A stretch of DNA of 38,352 nucleotides from a virus (taxonomy: Duplodnaviria; Caudoviricetes): IMG/VR virus record IMGVR_UViG_3300037440_000188, positions 1 through 38,352 of that record; one strand, 5' to 3'. The notes under the pieces were generated by a model. It was not told the origin of the DNA and searched no databases. It saw nothing but the letters and a program-made list of their open reading frames with translations. The stretch's first letter is position 1. Every line of letters begins with the position of its first letter. The position numbers were made by a program, and so were the translations under genes. Shown here piece by piece: positions 26,739-35,247 of this stretch.

Positions 26739-27037
26739 TGAATTGGACTAAATATTGGATAAGAGAAAGAAACAAACTAAAAAAGGTTTTTCTTGATAAA
26801 GGTATAACTACTTGCGAAGTATGTATAGAAGACGTTTGTTTTTACGATAACTATTTAGGATTTGCACATAGATATAAAAGGAAGTGGTATTACGAAAAGG
26901 ATAAAAGACATTTATTAGGGGACTTTAACCATGTAATACTTGCTTGCAATCCCTGTCATTTTCAACTCGAACGGGATAAGTATCTAACTAGAGATTATTT
27001 TAGAAAATTACGCCCGGATTATGAGGAAGGACATTAA
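26738..27037 (+). CDS. Zn-binding HNH-like nuclease
   Basis: CEVC...FAHR...LACNPCH. Start placed at the TAATG overlap rather than at 26621. Confidence 0.65.
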   Translation: MNWTKYWIRERNKLKKVFLDKGITTCEVCIEDVCFYDNYLGFAHRYKRKWYYEKDKRHLLGDFNHVILACNPCHFQLERDKYLTRDYFRKLRPDYEEGH

Positions 27038-27320
27038 AAAAGTAAAAATAGTCTTTACTCAACACGCTATACAAAGAATAGGGAATAGGCCGTGGAAAGA
27101 TATATTTAATGGAATAAGAGAAGGTAAAAAAGAAAAACTACAAGAAAAGAAATACAAGAATAGTAAGTATGGCGAGGAACAAGAAGGTATTTTTTATAGG
27201 CGCTTCGGTAGTTGGGTTTTTACTCTTAAATATGTAGAAGATGACTATCAACCCGGAGAAGAAATGCTTTTATTAATAACCTTTACCGACCAAAAAGAGA
27301 ATTTCTATTTTAGTACTTGA
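27021..27320 (+). CDS. Hypothetical protein, RelE/DUF4258-like fold candidate
   Basis: IVFTQHAIQRI start and C-terminal LLITF strand. Confidence 0.5.
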   Translation: MRKDIKKVKIVFTQHAIQRIGNRPWKDIFNGIREGKKEKLQEKKYKNSKYGEEQEGIFYRRFGSWVFTLKYVEDDYQPGEEMLLLITFTDQKENFYFST

Positions 27321-27346
27321 CATTAATAATACATTCATAATATACT
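27317..27346 (+). promoter_or_regulatory. Early promoter P3 (leaderless)
   Basis: TTGACA-18-TATACT, 6 nt before ATG 27353. Confidence 0.8.
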
Positions 27347-27352
27347 AATAAC

Positions 27353-27778
27353 ATGATAATAAAAATGGAAAATTTAGAAAACCTAGTAGCAGAAGCGGAC
27401 AAAATAGTGTTAGACCCTAGAGCCGAGGACGTACTGATAAAGCTACTAGATTTACAAGAACAGGTAGAGAAAGCGTTAAAGGAAGCCAAAGAAAGAATAG
27501 AAAAAAAAGCTTTAGAAATGAACCCAAATGTTCAAAGTATTAGAAGCGATAGATTAAAAGTTTTTTACAGACAATACGGTAGCAGATATAAAATAGACGA
27601 ATCGTATTTAGACCAAATACCAAAAGAATTATATACAAGTAAAACCGTATATTCTCCGGTCCCTAAAGCTATAGACGAGTGGACCCGAAAAAACGACGGC
27701 ATGCCAATTGGTATTATAGAACCCGAAAGACCCAAACAATTAAGTTTTAGTAAAAGGGAGAAGGCAGACCATGAATAA
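27353..27778 (+). CDS. Hypothetical coiled-coil protein (recombination-module associated)
   Basis: 141 aa. Precedes the nuclease gene. Confidence 0.72.
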   Translation: MIIKMENLENLVAEADKIVLDPRAEDVLIKLLDLQEQVEKALKEAKERIEKKALEMNPNVQSIRSDRLKVFYRQYGSRYKIDESYLDQIPKELYTSKTVYSPVPKAIDEWTRKNDGMPIGIIEPERPKQLSFSKREKADHE

Positions 27779-28343
27779 ATTTAGAGCAAGTTACAGCGTT
27801 TTAAGTACATGGAATAGCGGACAATGGGATAGAGCCGTAAAAATGTATTTTAAATTAGACACATTTAAAACCGAAGCAATGGCGGACGGCCAAGAATTCC
27901 ACGAGCTTTGGAAAGCTGAAACCGATAAAACTAAATGTTTACCTGAAATTTTCGGAGGTAAGGAACTAATAGACCCTAAAACAGAATTAAAACTAGTAGT
28001 ACCTATAGAAGAATGGTTAGACCTAGTAGGAGTAATTGACTGTATAGACGGTAATACTATTTACGAGTATAAAAGCGGTAAAACCTCTAGTGAAGTCTAC
28101 GCGAATGGAGTACAACCCGGAATATATGGGGTTTTAGCTACTTATGGCGGGATGTTCGTGGATAGGTGCGAAATAATGCATTACGACCAATATACTAAAA
28201 AACTAGATACGTCTATAATTCATTTAACGGATAAACTGTTAGACGATACGCATAATTGGATTTTAAGTATATCAAGCGAAATGCAAAGTTATTTATTAGA
28301 TAATAACCTTTATAAAATTCTTGGAAAACAAAATGAAAGATAA
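27771..28343 (+). CDS. PD-(D/E)xK nuclease (probable exonuclease partner of Bet)
   Basis: SYS, G.EFH, E.KL, GVIDCI, IYEYKSG and Q..IY motifs. Confidence 0.85.
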   Translation: MNKFRASYSVLSTWNSGQWDRAVKMYFKLDTFKTEAMADGQEFHELWKAETDKTKCLPEIFGGKELIDPKTELKLVVPIEEWLDLVGVIDCIDGNTIYEYKSGKTSSEVYANGVQPGIYGVLATYGGMFVDRCEIMHYDQYTKKLDTSIIHLTDKLLDDTHNWILSISSEMQSYLLDNNLYKILGKQNER

Positions 28344-28926
28344 GGCCCAAAATATAGTACTGTATACGTCTTTAATTATAATAGTGGTTAGCCTATTCGG
28401 TATTTTCTCCGAAACCACTAAATTATTAGACCGAAAAACAGAATATTTAATGCCACTAATAGAAGGAACGGACTTTAGCACATTAGAAAATTGTAAACAT
28501 ATAGAAAGTGGCGTTTATATTTGTACCGATAATTCCGAATATTCTTTAGAAGAACTTTTAAAAGGCCGGGAAGTTGAGGAAAACATGCAAATTCCTAATA
28601 ACGATATAAAGAAAACAGTCTATACCGGTAAAGCTAGCTATTATTGGTTAGGTGGTTGTATAGGTTGTAGAGATGACCGAATAATGGCCAACGGTGAACC
28701 CTTGGACGATACAAAGTTAACTGTAGCGTTTAATAGAGCGCCTTTAAATTCCTACGTTAAAGTATGTAATGTAAATAACGAGTTATGTATAGAAGCTAAA
28801 GTAACAGACACCGGAGGATTTGAAGATTTAGGAAGAATAATAGATTTAGGACTAAGTACAAAGAATTCTATAAGATGTTTCGATTTATGCGACGTATCGG
28901 TAGAATTAATAGAAGATAACGGCTAA
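28333..28926 (+). CDS. Membrane-anchored RlpA-like double-psi beta-barrel (lytic transglycosylase-like) protein
   Basis: N-terminal TM. GKASYY, MANGE, VKVCN..N, KVTDTG and RIIDL motifs. Confidence 0.85.
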   Translation: MKDKAQNIVLYTSLIIIVVSLFGIFSETTKLLDRKTEYLMPLIEGTDFSTLENCKHIESGVYICTDNSEYSLEELLKGREVEENMQIPNNDIKKTVYTGKASYYWLGGCIGCRDDRIMANGEPLDDTKLTVAFNRAPLNSYVKVCNVNNELCIEAKVTDTGGFEDLGRIIDLGLSTKNSIRCFDLCDVSVELIEDNG

Positions 28927-28978
28927 TCTCACCCCCGCGGTTCGTGGTTGGGCAGGACATGGACCGCCGAGGTTAGCC
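28921..28978 (+). other. Long GC-rich intergenic stem-loop
   Basis: 28921-30 pairs with 28969-78 and 28937-46 pairs with 28958-67, using three G.U pairs on the + strand. Confidence 0.75.
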
Positions 28979-29005
28979 ACTATTTTTTATTAATTTATTT
29001 CAAGT

Positions 29006-29503
29006 ATGGAAACAATAAAACAAGCTAAAGAACAGTTACGCGAAGAATGGGAAAAGGGTACTACTTGCCCTTGTTGCAATCAAAGAGTTAAGTTATATAA
29101 GAGAAGAATAACCGGAAGCATGGCGGTAGGACTAATATTTTTTAGTAATTACTACTTTGACAATAAAATAGACCCGGTAGAATATTTAAAACCCATTAAT
29201 GTATTTAATAAAATTAAAGATACAACTACTTACAACGTACATAATCTAAATACTAATTTCGCTTTACTTAGATATTGGGAACTTATAGAGCCTTTAAAAG
29301 AAGAAAGGGCCGACGGTAGCAATAGAAATGGTTTTTACAGAATAACCAATAGAGGTTACAAGTTTATAGCGGGTACTTTAGAAGTTCCGAAATTAGTAAA
29401 ACTTTATAACCAAAAAACTAAGGGATTTGACGCGCAAGAAATGGTTACTATTAAAGATTGTTTAGGTACTAAATTTAATTATAAGGAGTTAATGGAATGT
29501 TAA
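29006..29503 (+). CDS. Hypothetical protein with a CPCC motif, possibly winged-helix
   Basis: CPCC and LRYWELIE...GFYRITNRG. Confidence 0.7.
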   Translation: METIKQAKEQLREEWEKGTTCPCCNQRVKLYKRRITGSMAVGLIFFSNYYFDNKIDPVEYLKPINVFNKIKDTTTYNVHNLNTNFALLRYWELIEPLKEERADGSNRNGFYRITNRGYKFIAGTLEVPKLVKLYNQKTKGFDAQEMVTIKDCLGTKFNYKELMEC

Positions 29504-29709
29504 AAATAAAGGAATATGACAAAACCCCGGCCGGATTCGTAGGCAGAAAAGCAGATTATAAATTAATGAGGGCTAGAGGTTGGGAAGTAATACAGGAAGA
29601 GGAAGTAACTAGCTTTAACGGAAAAAAAGGTTGTTTGTTTTTTATAATATTTCCACCTTTAGCATTGTTGGCTAGAAGTAAAAAAGTAAAAGTTACTTAC
29701 GAAAAATGA
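29497..29709 (+). CDS. Small membrane protein
   Basis: Hydrophobic segment GCLFFIIFPPLALLA. Confidence 0.65.
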   Translation: MLKIKEYDKTPAGFVGRKADYKLMRARGWEVIQEEEVTSFNGKKGCLFFIIFPPLALLARSKKVKVTYEK

Positions 29710-29870
29710 TTAACCAATACAATTTTATCGCATTAATAAAAATAGCTAATAGTTACAAAGAAGAATTAGGAAGGTTAGAAGAAATAATAAAACAAGGAGA
29801 AAAAAAAGGGGTTTTAGTTTCTACGGCTTACTATATACAACGTGATTATTTAAAATCCTTAATTAAATGA
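29706..29870 (+). CDS. Hypothetical protein, 54 aa (absent from the ORF track)
   Basis: ATGA overlaps at both ends. Confidence 0.6.
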   Translation: MINQYNFIALIKIANSYKEELGRLEEIIKQGEKKGVLVSTAYYIQRDYLKSLIK

Positions 29871-29977
29871 AAAAGAAAAGTAAAAAAGCAAAATGGGAGC
29901 TATTCCACAACTGTATACATTGTAAGGCGTACATAGCTTTGTATTTGTGTCCTTATTGCGGGAAAAAAAGTATATGA
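29867..29977 (+). CDS. 36 aa Zn-ribbon microprotein (absent from the ORF track)
   Basis: CIHC...CPYCG with ATGA overlaps at both ends. Confidence 0.6.
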   Translation: MKKKSKKAKWELFHNCIHCKAYIALYLCPYCGKKSI

Positions 29978-30105
29978 AACTAATACACATAATCTTTTAC
30001 ATTTTCGCCGTAATTATAGCTTTACCTTTAATAGGCTTATACAAATTTACAAGCTTATTCATAAAAAGGAAAAGTGAAAAAGTAAAGTACGAGGATTATT
30101 ACTAA
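29974..30105 (+). CDS. 43 aa single-TM microprotein (absent from the ORF track)
   Basis: MKLIHIIFYIFAVIIALPLIGLY... with an ATGA overlap. Confidence 0.55.
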   Translation: MKLIHIIFYIFAVIIALPLIGLYKFTSLFIKRKSEKVKYEDYY

Positions 30106-30121
30106 ATTTAAGGGAAATAAT

Positions 30122-30805
30122 ATGAACAACGAAAACACAACTAATACAAATTGCAACTATTGCAACTATTGCGACTCTTGCAACTATTGCAACTATTGCG
30201 ACTCTTGCAACTATTGCAACTATTGCAACTATTGCGACTCTTGCAACTCTTGCAACTATTGCAACTATTGCGACTCTTGCAACTATTGCAACTATTGCGA
30301 CTCTTGCAACTCTTGCAACTATTGCAACTATTGCGACTCTTGCAACTATTGCAACTATTGCGACTCTTGCAGGAATCTAAAAATGACGGAATATAATACG
30401 TTCTGCTATTCAGAGAGTTACAACGATGAAAACAGCTTTCAACAGAAAAGATTTAGGGTTTTTAATAAAGAACTTGAAAAAGAAGAATATTTTTCAGTAA
30501 AAAATAAAGTTGAGGCTATTCTTGACGGACTTAAACTTGAATTGAATGAAAATTCTTGGACTGAGGAATGGGAAAAAGTAACCTCAAAACAATGGGTAAA
30601 ACTCTTTGAATTAGCCGTAGAGGTGCGTGGTGATAACTTTAAAGAAGGTTTTGAGTTTATAAGTGGTATTAATCTTGATTTTGTTAAAGAGCCTGTAGAA
30701 GACGTAACAGAGGAAGAAATTAAGATGATATTAAAATTTATTAAACAGAATTTAAATATAATAGCAAAGGTTATAGAATTATTAAGGGGTCGGAATGAAC
30801 AATAA
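30122..30805 (+). CDS. Cys-rich (Cxx)n repeat protein
   Basis: 24 CNY/CDS/CNS tripeptides followed by a helical domain. Confidence 0.85.
   Translation: MNNENTTNTNCNYCNYCDSCNYCNYCDSCNYCNYCNYCDSCNSCNYCNYCDSCNYCNYCDSCNSCNYCNYCDSCNYCNYCDSCRNLKMTEYNTFCYSESYNDENSFQQKRFRVFNKELEKEEYFSVKNKVEAILDGLKLELNENSWTEEWEKVTSKQWVKLFELAVEVRGDNFKEGFEFISGINLDFVKEPVEDVTEEEIKMILKFIKQNLNIIAKVIELLRGRNEQ
30152..30370 (+). repeat. 24 x 9 bp tandem repeat with three variants
   Basis: Only TGCAACTAT, TGCGACTCT and TGCAACTCT occur. Confidence 0.97.
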
Positions 30806-31253
30806 ACAAATATTAAACAAAATAAAAAACTTAGAAAAAGAGTCAGAAAAATTAACAAGAGAATTAGAGGAATTAAAGAGAGAAGTAAGCGAGGATAAAG
30901 GGTTTGTGGATGGTGAGGAATATTATTTTTTATATCCTGATGGTAGCATAAGCAATTATGTGTTTGATAAAAACCTTACTATAAACCCAAACCTAGTAAA
31001 ACTAGGCACAATAGCCCGTACACCGGAAGAACTTGAAAAACTTAAACTTAAACTGGAAAGTATTGCACAACGAGGGAGAGAGCCAGAGGAAGATGAGGAG
31101 TCTTGGTATTGGAGTTTTTTTAACAATTGCCCTTTCCAAGTACTATACAGCTCACTACATTTCTCTGTGTACCACGCCATAGGAGCAGTACACAAAACAG
31201 AGGAAGATTGCAGAGCGTGGGGAGATAAATTTGCGGGAGCATTTAAGGATTAA
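30795..31253 (+). CDS. Hypothetical protein (coiled coil plus two internal repeats)
   Basis: GEEYYFL...GTIART and EESWYW...GAVHKT segments. Confidence 0.72.
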   Translation: MNNKQILNKIKNLEKESEKLTRELEELKREVSEDKGFVDGEEYYFLYPDGSISNYVFDKNLTINPNLVKLGTIARTPEELEKLKLKLESIAQRGREPEEDEESWYWSFFNNCPFQVLYSSLHFSVYHAIGAVHKTEEDCRAWGDKFAGAFKD

Positions 31254-31255
31254 AT

Positions 31256-31552
31256 ATGAAAAATAAAGAACTAGAGGGTAAAGAAAAAATAAAAGTAACG
31301 TTCAAAGTACATTTTATTGAAATTAAACGTAACATTTCAGAAATATATCAAGATTTAGATGTTATAGATAAAATGTTACTTGATTGCGGTATTAAACCTA
31401 ATCCAATCCAACAAGAAATACTTAAAAAAATGGTAAAAACTAACAAGAAATATAAGATGTTCTTTCCAATAAGATATAGATTAAATTCCTATACGCCTTA
31501 TTTTTCGTCATTATTAATTAAGGCAATTAAGAAACAAACCAAAAAGGATTAG
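31256..31552 (+). CDS. Hypothetical protein
   Basis: 98 aa tightly packed ORF. Confidence 0.62.
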   Translation: MKNKELEGKEKIKVTFKVHFIEIKRNISEIYQDLDVIDKMLLDCGIKPNPIQQEILKKMVKTNKKYKMFFPIRYRLNSYTPYFSSLLIKAIKKQTKKD

Positions 31553-31554
31553 TT

Positions 31555-31881
31555 ATGAAAAATAAAGAACTAAAGAAAATAATAACGGACTTTATACTAA
31601 GGACTACTAACGCAAATAACTCATCTATAAAAGTAAACAACTTGGATTTAGAAATATTAGAAAAAGAACTACTAGCTTGGAGGGATAAGGAAAATAAATT
31701 AATGAATGAAATAAGGAAGAGAGATTTTCTACTTCTTACAGCTATTCTAAAAGACGAACTTGAGGGAAGATTATTTGATGACCAAACCGAAGCTATTATA
31801 CAGGCAGTATTGGATAGGTATAATAAGATGTTTGTGCCGAGAAGTAATGATGCAGTTAACAATTTTAAAGAAACTGAATAA
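31555..31881 (+). CDS. Hypothetical protein
   Basis: 108 aa. Same first six codons as the previous gene. Confidence 0.65.
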   Translation: MKNKELKKIITDFILRTTNANNSSIKVNNLDLEILEKELLAWRDKENKLMNEIRKRDFLLLTAILKDELEGRLFDDQTEAIIQAVLDRYNKMFVPRSNDAVNNFKETE

Positions 31882-32135
31882 TGCCACACATAATAAAAAG
31901 AACTAAACATAAAAAAACACCTATGTGGGGGTTGTGGAGTACTATAGTAGATGCCTATATTACAGACTATGACTATTTTCCATACAAATTTTTAAGTTTT
32001 GATAAGGTACTTAATCTTTATTTCGACAAGAGGATTGGGCATATCAGGGAAGACCTACAATACTGGGAAAATGAAAGAGCTAAGTTTATTAATGCAAACT
32101 ATGAAGAAATTAACAAATTCAAAGAAAAGGAGTAG
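31881..32135 (+). CDS. Hypothetical protein
   Basis: 84 aa with a WSTIVDAYIT motif. TAATG overlap. Confidence 0.68.
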   Translation: MPHIIKRTKHKKTPMWGLWSTIVDAYITDYDYFPYKFLSFDKVLNLYFDKRIGHIREDLQYWENERAKFINANYEEINKFKEKE

Positions 32136-32137
32136 GT

Positions 32138-32455
32138 ATGGAAAAATTAAGACTCTCTCATAAAGAAAAGTTAGCTTTTAAATATTACGCTGACCTTTTT
32201 TATGAATACGGAGATGAGGCTTTTGCCTATAATAGTGCTGTATGTAAATATGCAGGTCTTACTTATAAAGAGGTTACTAGCTTTAATAAAAAGTTAAGGA
32301 GTTTGGATTTACTGGAATATAAAAGAGGTTTGTTTGATGATGAAGGCATGACCGCAGGAAGTGGAAATGCTTTAACTAGGAAAGGCTATGATTATTTTAT
32401 CAAATTATGGAATCAGAGAGTAGAAAAACAAACCAAAAAGGAGGGTGGGGAATGA
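32138..32455 (+). CDS. Winged-helix-like hypothetical protein
   Basis: AGLTYKEV...KLRSLDLLEY...ALTRKG. AAGGAG SD. Confidence 0.62.
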   Translation: MEKLRLSHKEKLAFKYYADLFYEYGDEAFAYNSAVCKYAGLTYKEVTSFNKKLRSLDLLEYKRGLFDDEGMTAGSGNALTRKGYDYFIKLWNQRVEKQTKKEGGE

Positions 32456-32613
32456 ACAGACTAGCGGAACGTATAAGTAAGACTATTATAGCAGTAATAG
32501 TATGTTGGCTACTTTTACCTATAATTTTAGTAGCGGTTACTTTAATTTGTGCGTTAATACCCTTTATAGCATTTATTAAACCTGAAATAGTAAAAATAAA
32601 TGAAAAAAACTAA
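32452..32613 (+). CDS. Small membrane protein
   Basis: GGAGGGTG SD and ATGA overlap give the start MNRLAER. Long hydrophobic stretch. Confidence 0.6.
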   Translation: MNRLAERISKTIIAVIVCWLLLPIILVAVTLICALIPFIAFIKPEIVKINEKN

Positions 32614-32836
32614 TAAAATAAATAATTATGATACTTACCTAGAGGAGTTAAAAAGGTGTCCTTTTTGTGGTGGAGTTCCTAAAGCTTATTTGAAAGGAAA
32701 CGAATATACAAAGAAAACATTTATAACTGTAAAGTGTACTAAATGCGGAGTAGAAAGAGTTACAGGTTCAATCACCAAAGACCTTAAATGGTTAGAGGAT
32801 AAAGCTATTAATTTATGGAATGAAAGAATAAAATGA
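32600..32836 (+). CDS. Lar-like (restriction alleviation family) Zn-ribbon protein
   Basis: ELKRCPFCGG...VKCTKCG...AINLWNER. Confidence 0.78.
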   Translation: MKKTNKINNYDTYLEELKRCPFCGGVPKAYLKGNEYTKKTFITVKCTKCGVERVTGSITKDLKWLEDKAINLWNERIK

Positions 32837-33084
32837 AATACAAAAGAAAAACATTAGAAGAAAAGATATTAAAAATAGTTAGAAACCAAATAAATGGATT
32901 CGACTATTTAGTTTTATTTAATAACGAATGCATACAAAGCAGAAACATTGTTAATACTCTTTCCAAATATGGAATAGCAACCCAACCCGACGAAAGAATA
33001 GCCAAGGGTAAAATGACATTTATTAGTAGAAAGAAACTAGAGAACTTTTGTACGCCTAGACGTAAAGTGTTTCTAAAAAAATAA
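32833..33084 (+). CDS. Hypothetical protein
   Basis: 83 aa with an ATGA overlap. Confidence 0.6.
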   Translation: MKYKRKTLEEKILKIVRNQINGFDYLVLFNNECIQSRNIVNTLSKYGIATQPDERIAKGKMTFISRKKLENFCTPRRKVFLKK

Positions 33085-33108
33085 CTGTTTTTAGGTTATA
33101 ATTACTAT

Positions 33109-33684
33109 ATGGCAGAATCAAACGCAGGAAGGCCCACGCTTACGCAACCGGAATTAGATTTAATCTTATCGAAAATAGAACCCTATATTAAAAAAGGACT
33201 AAGTTTATATAAGTCTTGTTGTTTAGCGGAGGTTCCATATTCAACAGTACGGGACTATTACGTTAAGGGAGAAGAATTTTCGTTAATAATAGACGCTTGG
33301 AAAGCCTACAAGACCAACATTGTAAGCGATTTATTCCAATACAGGCTAGAAAAATCCAAGGAAGTATTAAAAGATGTTCTAAAACTGCGCGAGGAATTAA
33401 GAACAGCCGAGGACTTAGGAACTAGAAAAAAAATAATAAAGGATATGGAAGAACTAGAACAGTATATAGACTGGCAAACTATTTACACCTTAATAGAAAA
33501 GGATAAGTCATTTAGAGATGAATTCGGATTACGTCAAGAAGTAACTGGAAAAGACGGCGACCCCGTAACCTTAATACTAGATACAATAGAAAACTCTAAC
33601 AAAAAGACCAATTATGGAGAAATGGGACAAGAGGCTAGACAGCAAATGGTGGAGAATAAACAACCTCTACAAAATAAAGAATAA
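33109..33684 (+). CDS. terS: Terminase small subunit
   Basis: AGRPTL N-terminal HTH and QEVTGKDGDP. Overlaps the large subunit. Confidence 0.8.
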   Translation: MAESNAGRPTLTQPELDLILSKIEPYIKKGLSLYKSCCLAEVPYSTVRDYYVKGEEFSLIIDAWKAYKTNIVSDLFQYRLEKSKEVLKDVLKLREELRTAEDLGTRKKIIKDMEELEQYIDWQTIYTLIEKDKSFRDEFGLRQEVTGKDGDPVTLILDTIENSNKKTNYGEMGQEARQQMVENKQPLQNKE

Positions 33685-35221
33685 AAATGGGGAATTAGTA
33701 ACCTTCGTTCCTAACATTATGCAACTTACCCATATCGCGGAACGTGGGGACAGTAAAAGGGGCCTATTATTAAAGTCAAGGCAATTAGGCTTTACTACTT
33801 TATATTCAATTGATTACTTAGACGAATCGTTATGGGTTCCGGGTACAGGTTCCGCAATTATCGGACATGAAAGAACCGCATTAGACGAAATATTCCAAAT
33901 AATTAAAAGAGCTTTTACAAACTTACCGGAGCAATTAAAACCACAAACCAAAACCGATACTACTAGAATGTACCGTTTTACTCACCGATTCGACGGTTTA
34001 CCCTTGGATTCTTCTATTTACGTGGCTTTAAAATTACGTTCCGGGACTGTTCAAAATCTACATATAACAGAAAGCGCGTTTATTAGGGACAGGCAAGAGC
34101 TTAACGCAGGTTCTAAACAGGCCGTACCAAAAGAAGGTAGAATAACCGAAGAAACTACCGCCAATGGACTAAATGAGTTCTACGACGACTACGTAATGTA
34201 CGACGGTAAACAGATACCCGAACCAATGGACTATAAAACTTATTTTTATCCATGGTGGCAAAATCCGGAATACTCTTTAGAGGGAGAAATGCCCGAAATA
34301 CTACCGGAAGATAGGTTATTATACGGTGATGAAATAGCGGAAAAAGAAAAATATAGTTTAACTGACGGGCAACTATTATGGAGAAGGTGGAAAATTAGAG
34401 AACTTAGAGTAGGTAAAGAACAGCAGGGCTTGGGTTTAACACCATTACAACTATTCAAGCAAGAATACCCTAGCAACAAGCGTGAGGCATTCCAAAGTGG
34501 AGCCGGTAACGTGTTCGATTATGATATCTTGGATACTTACGTAGAAGCTACGCCATTAAATAAATTAAGTGTTCCACAAGATAGACCCCAATTATTAGAG
34601 CCGTTTTATAAGTTGTGGGACAAAGGCGTAAGAATATACGAATTACCTGTCTACGGTGAAGAATACGTAGTAGGGGTAGACCCTTCGGACGGTGTACCCG
34701 GTGGAGATGACGGCGCCCTAGCCGTATGGCAAAGACACCCAAGAACAGGCGAGAAATTAAAAAAAATGGCGGACTTTAACGGTGTAATGCGTCCGGATTT
34801 ATTAGGAGATTTAGCTATAGATTTAGCTAAGTTTTATAATAATGCTTTTATAGGTGTAGAAAATAATATGCTTACTTGTGTACTTCATGTATCTAAAAAT
34901 TACGATAATTATTATAGTACTGTAGTAATGGACGAGAAAACACAACGTAGGACTAAAAAAATAGGTTGGAGTACTAACGGTAAAACAAGGGATTTAATGA
35001 TAGATGATTTTGTATCCCTATTTGAAGAACAGGAAGCCGAAATACGTTCGAAAACTACACTATCCCAAATGATGACTTTTATAAAAAAAGATAACGGCAA
35101 AAGAGAACACGCGGACGGTAAAAAGGACGATTTATTATTCGCTGATTTTATAGCTATCCAAATGCGAAAATACAAAGCGCCAAAAGCAAGAAGTTTTAGT
35201 AATAAACCAAGTGGCTTTTAG
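33614..35221 (+). CDS. terL: Terminase large subunit
   Basis: LLKSRQLGFTT (Walker A), LHITESAF (Walker B), ETTANG, VVGVDP and KDDL nuclease motifs. Confidence 0.95.
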   Translation: MEKWDKRLDSKWWRINNLYKIKNKNGELVTFVPNIMQLTHIAERGDSKRGLLLKSRQLGFTTLYSIDYLDESLWVPGTGSAIIGHERTALDEIFQIIKRAFTNLPEQLKPQTKTDTTRMYRFTHRFDGLPLDSSIYVALKLRSGTVQNLHITESAFIRDRQELNAGSKQAVPKEGRITEETTANGLNEFYDDYVMYDGKQIPEPMDYKTYFYPWWQNPEYSLEGEMPEILPEDRLLYGDEIAEKEKYSLTDGQLLWRRWKIRELRVGKEQQGLGLTPLQLFKQEYPSNKREAFQSGAGNVFDYDILDTYVEATPLNKLSVPQDRPQLLEPFYKLWDKGVRIYELPVYGEEYVVGVDPSDGVPGGDDGALAVWQRHPRTGEKLKKMADFNGVMRPDLLGDLAIDLAKFYNNAFIGVENNMLTCVLHVSKNYDNYYSTVVMDEKTQRRTKKIGWSTNGKTRDLMIDDFVSLFEEQEAEIRSKTTLSQMMTFIKKDNGKREHADGKKDDLLFADFIAIQMRKYKAPKARSFSNKPSGF

Positions 35222-35247
35222 TCAAGTTCTGATATAATAAAATTAAT

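Noticed and set aside
28921-28979. tRNA
   Set aside because: It has an acceptor-like outer stem, but is only ~59 nt with no D, anticodon or T arms.
30152-30370. CRISPR array or DGR template
   Set aside because: The 9 bp units have no spacers and are in-frame coding sequence. There is no cas or reverse transcriptase gene and no second copy acting as TR or VR.
30151-30396. LQLLQLLRL ORF
   Set aside because: Alternative-frame read-through of the tandem repeat.
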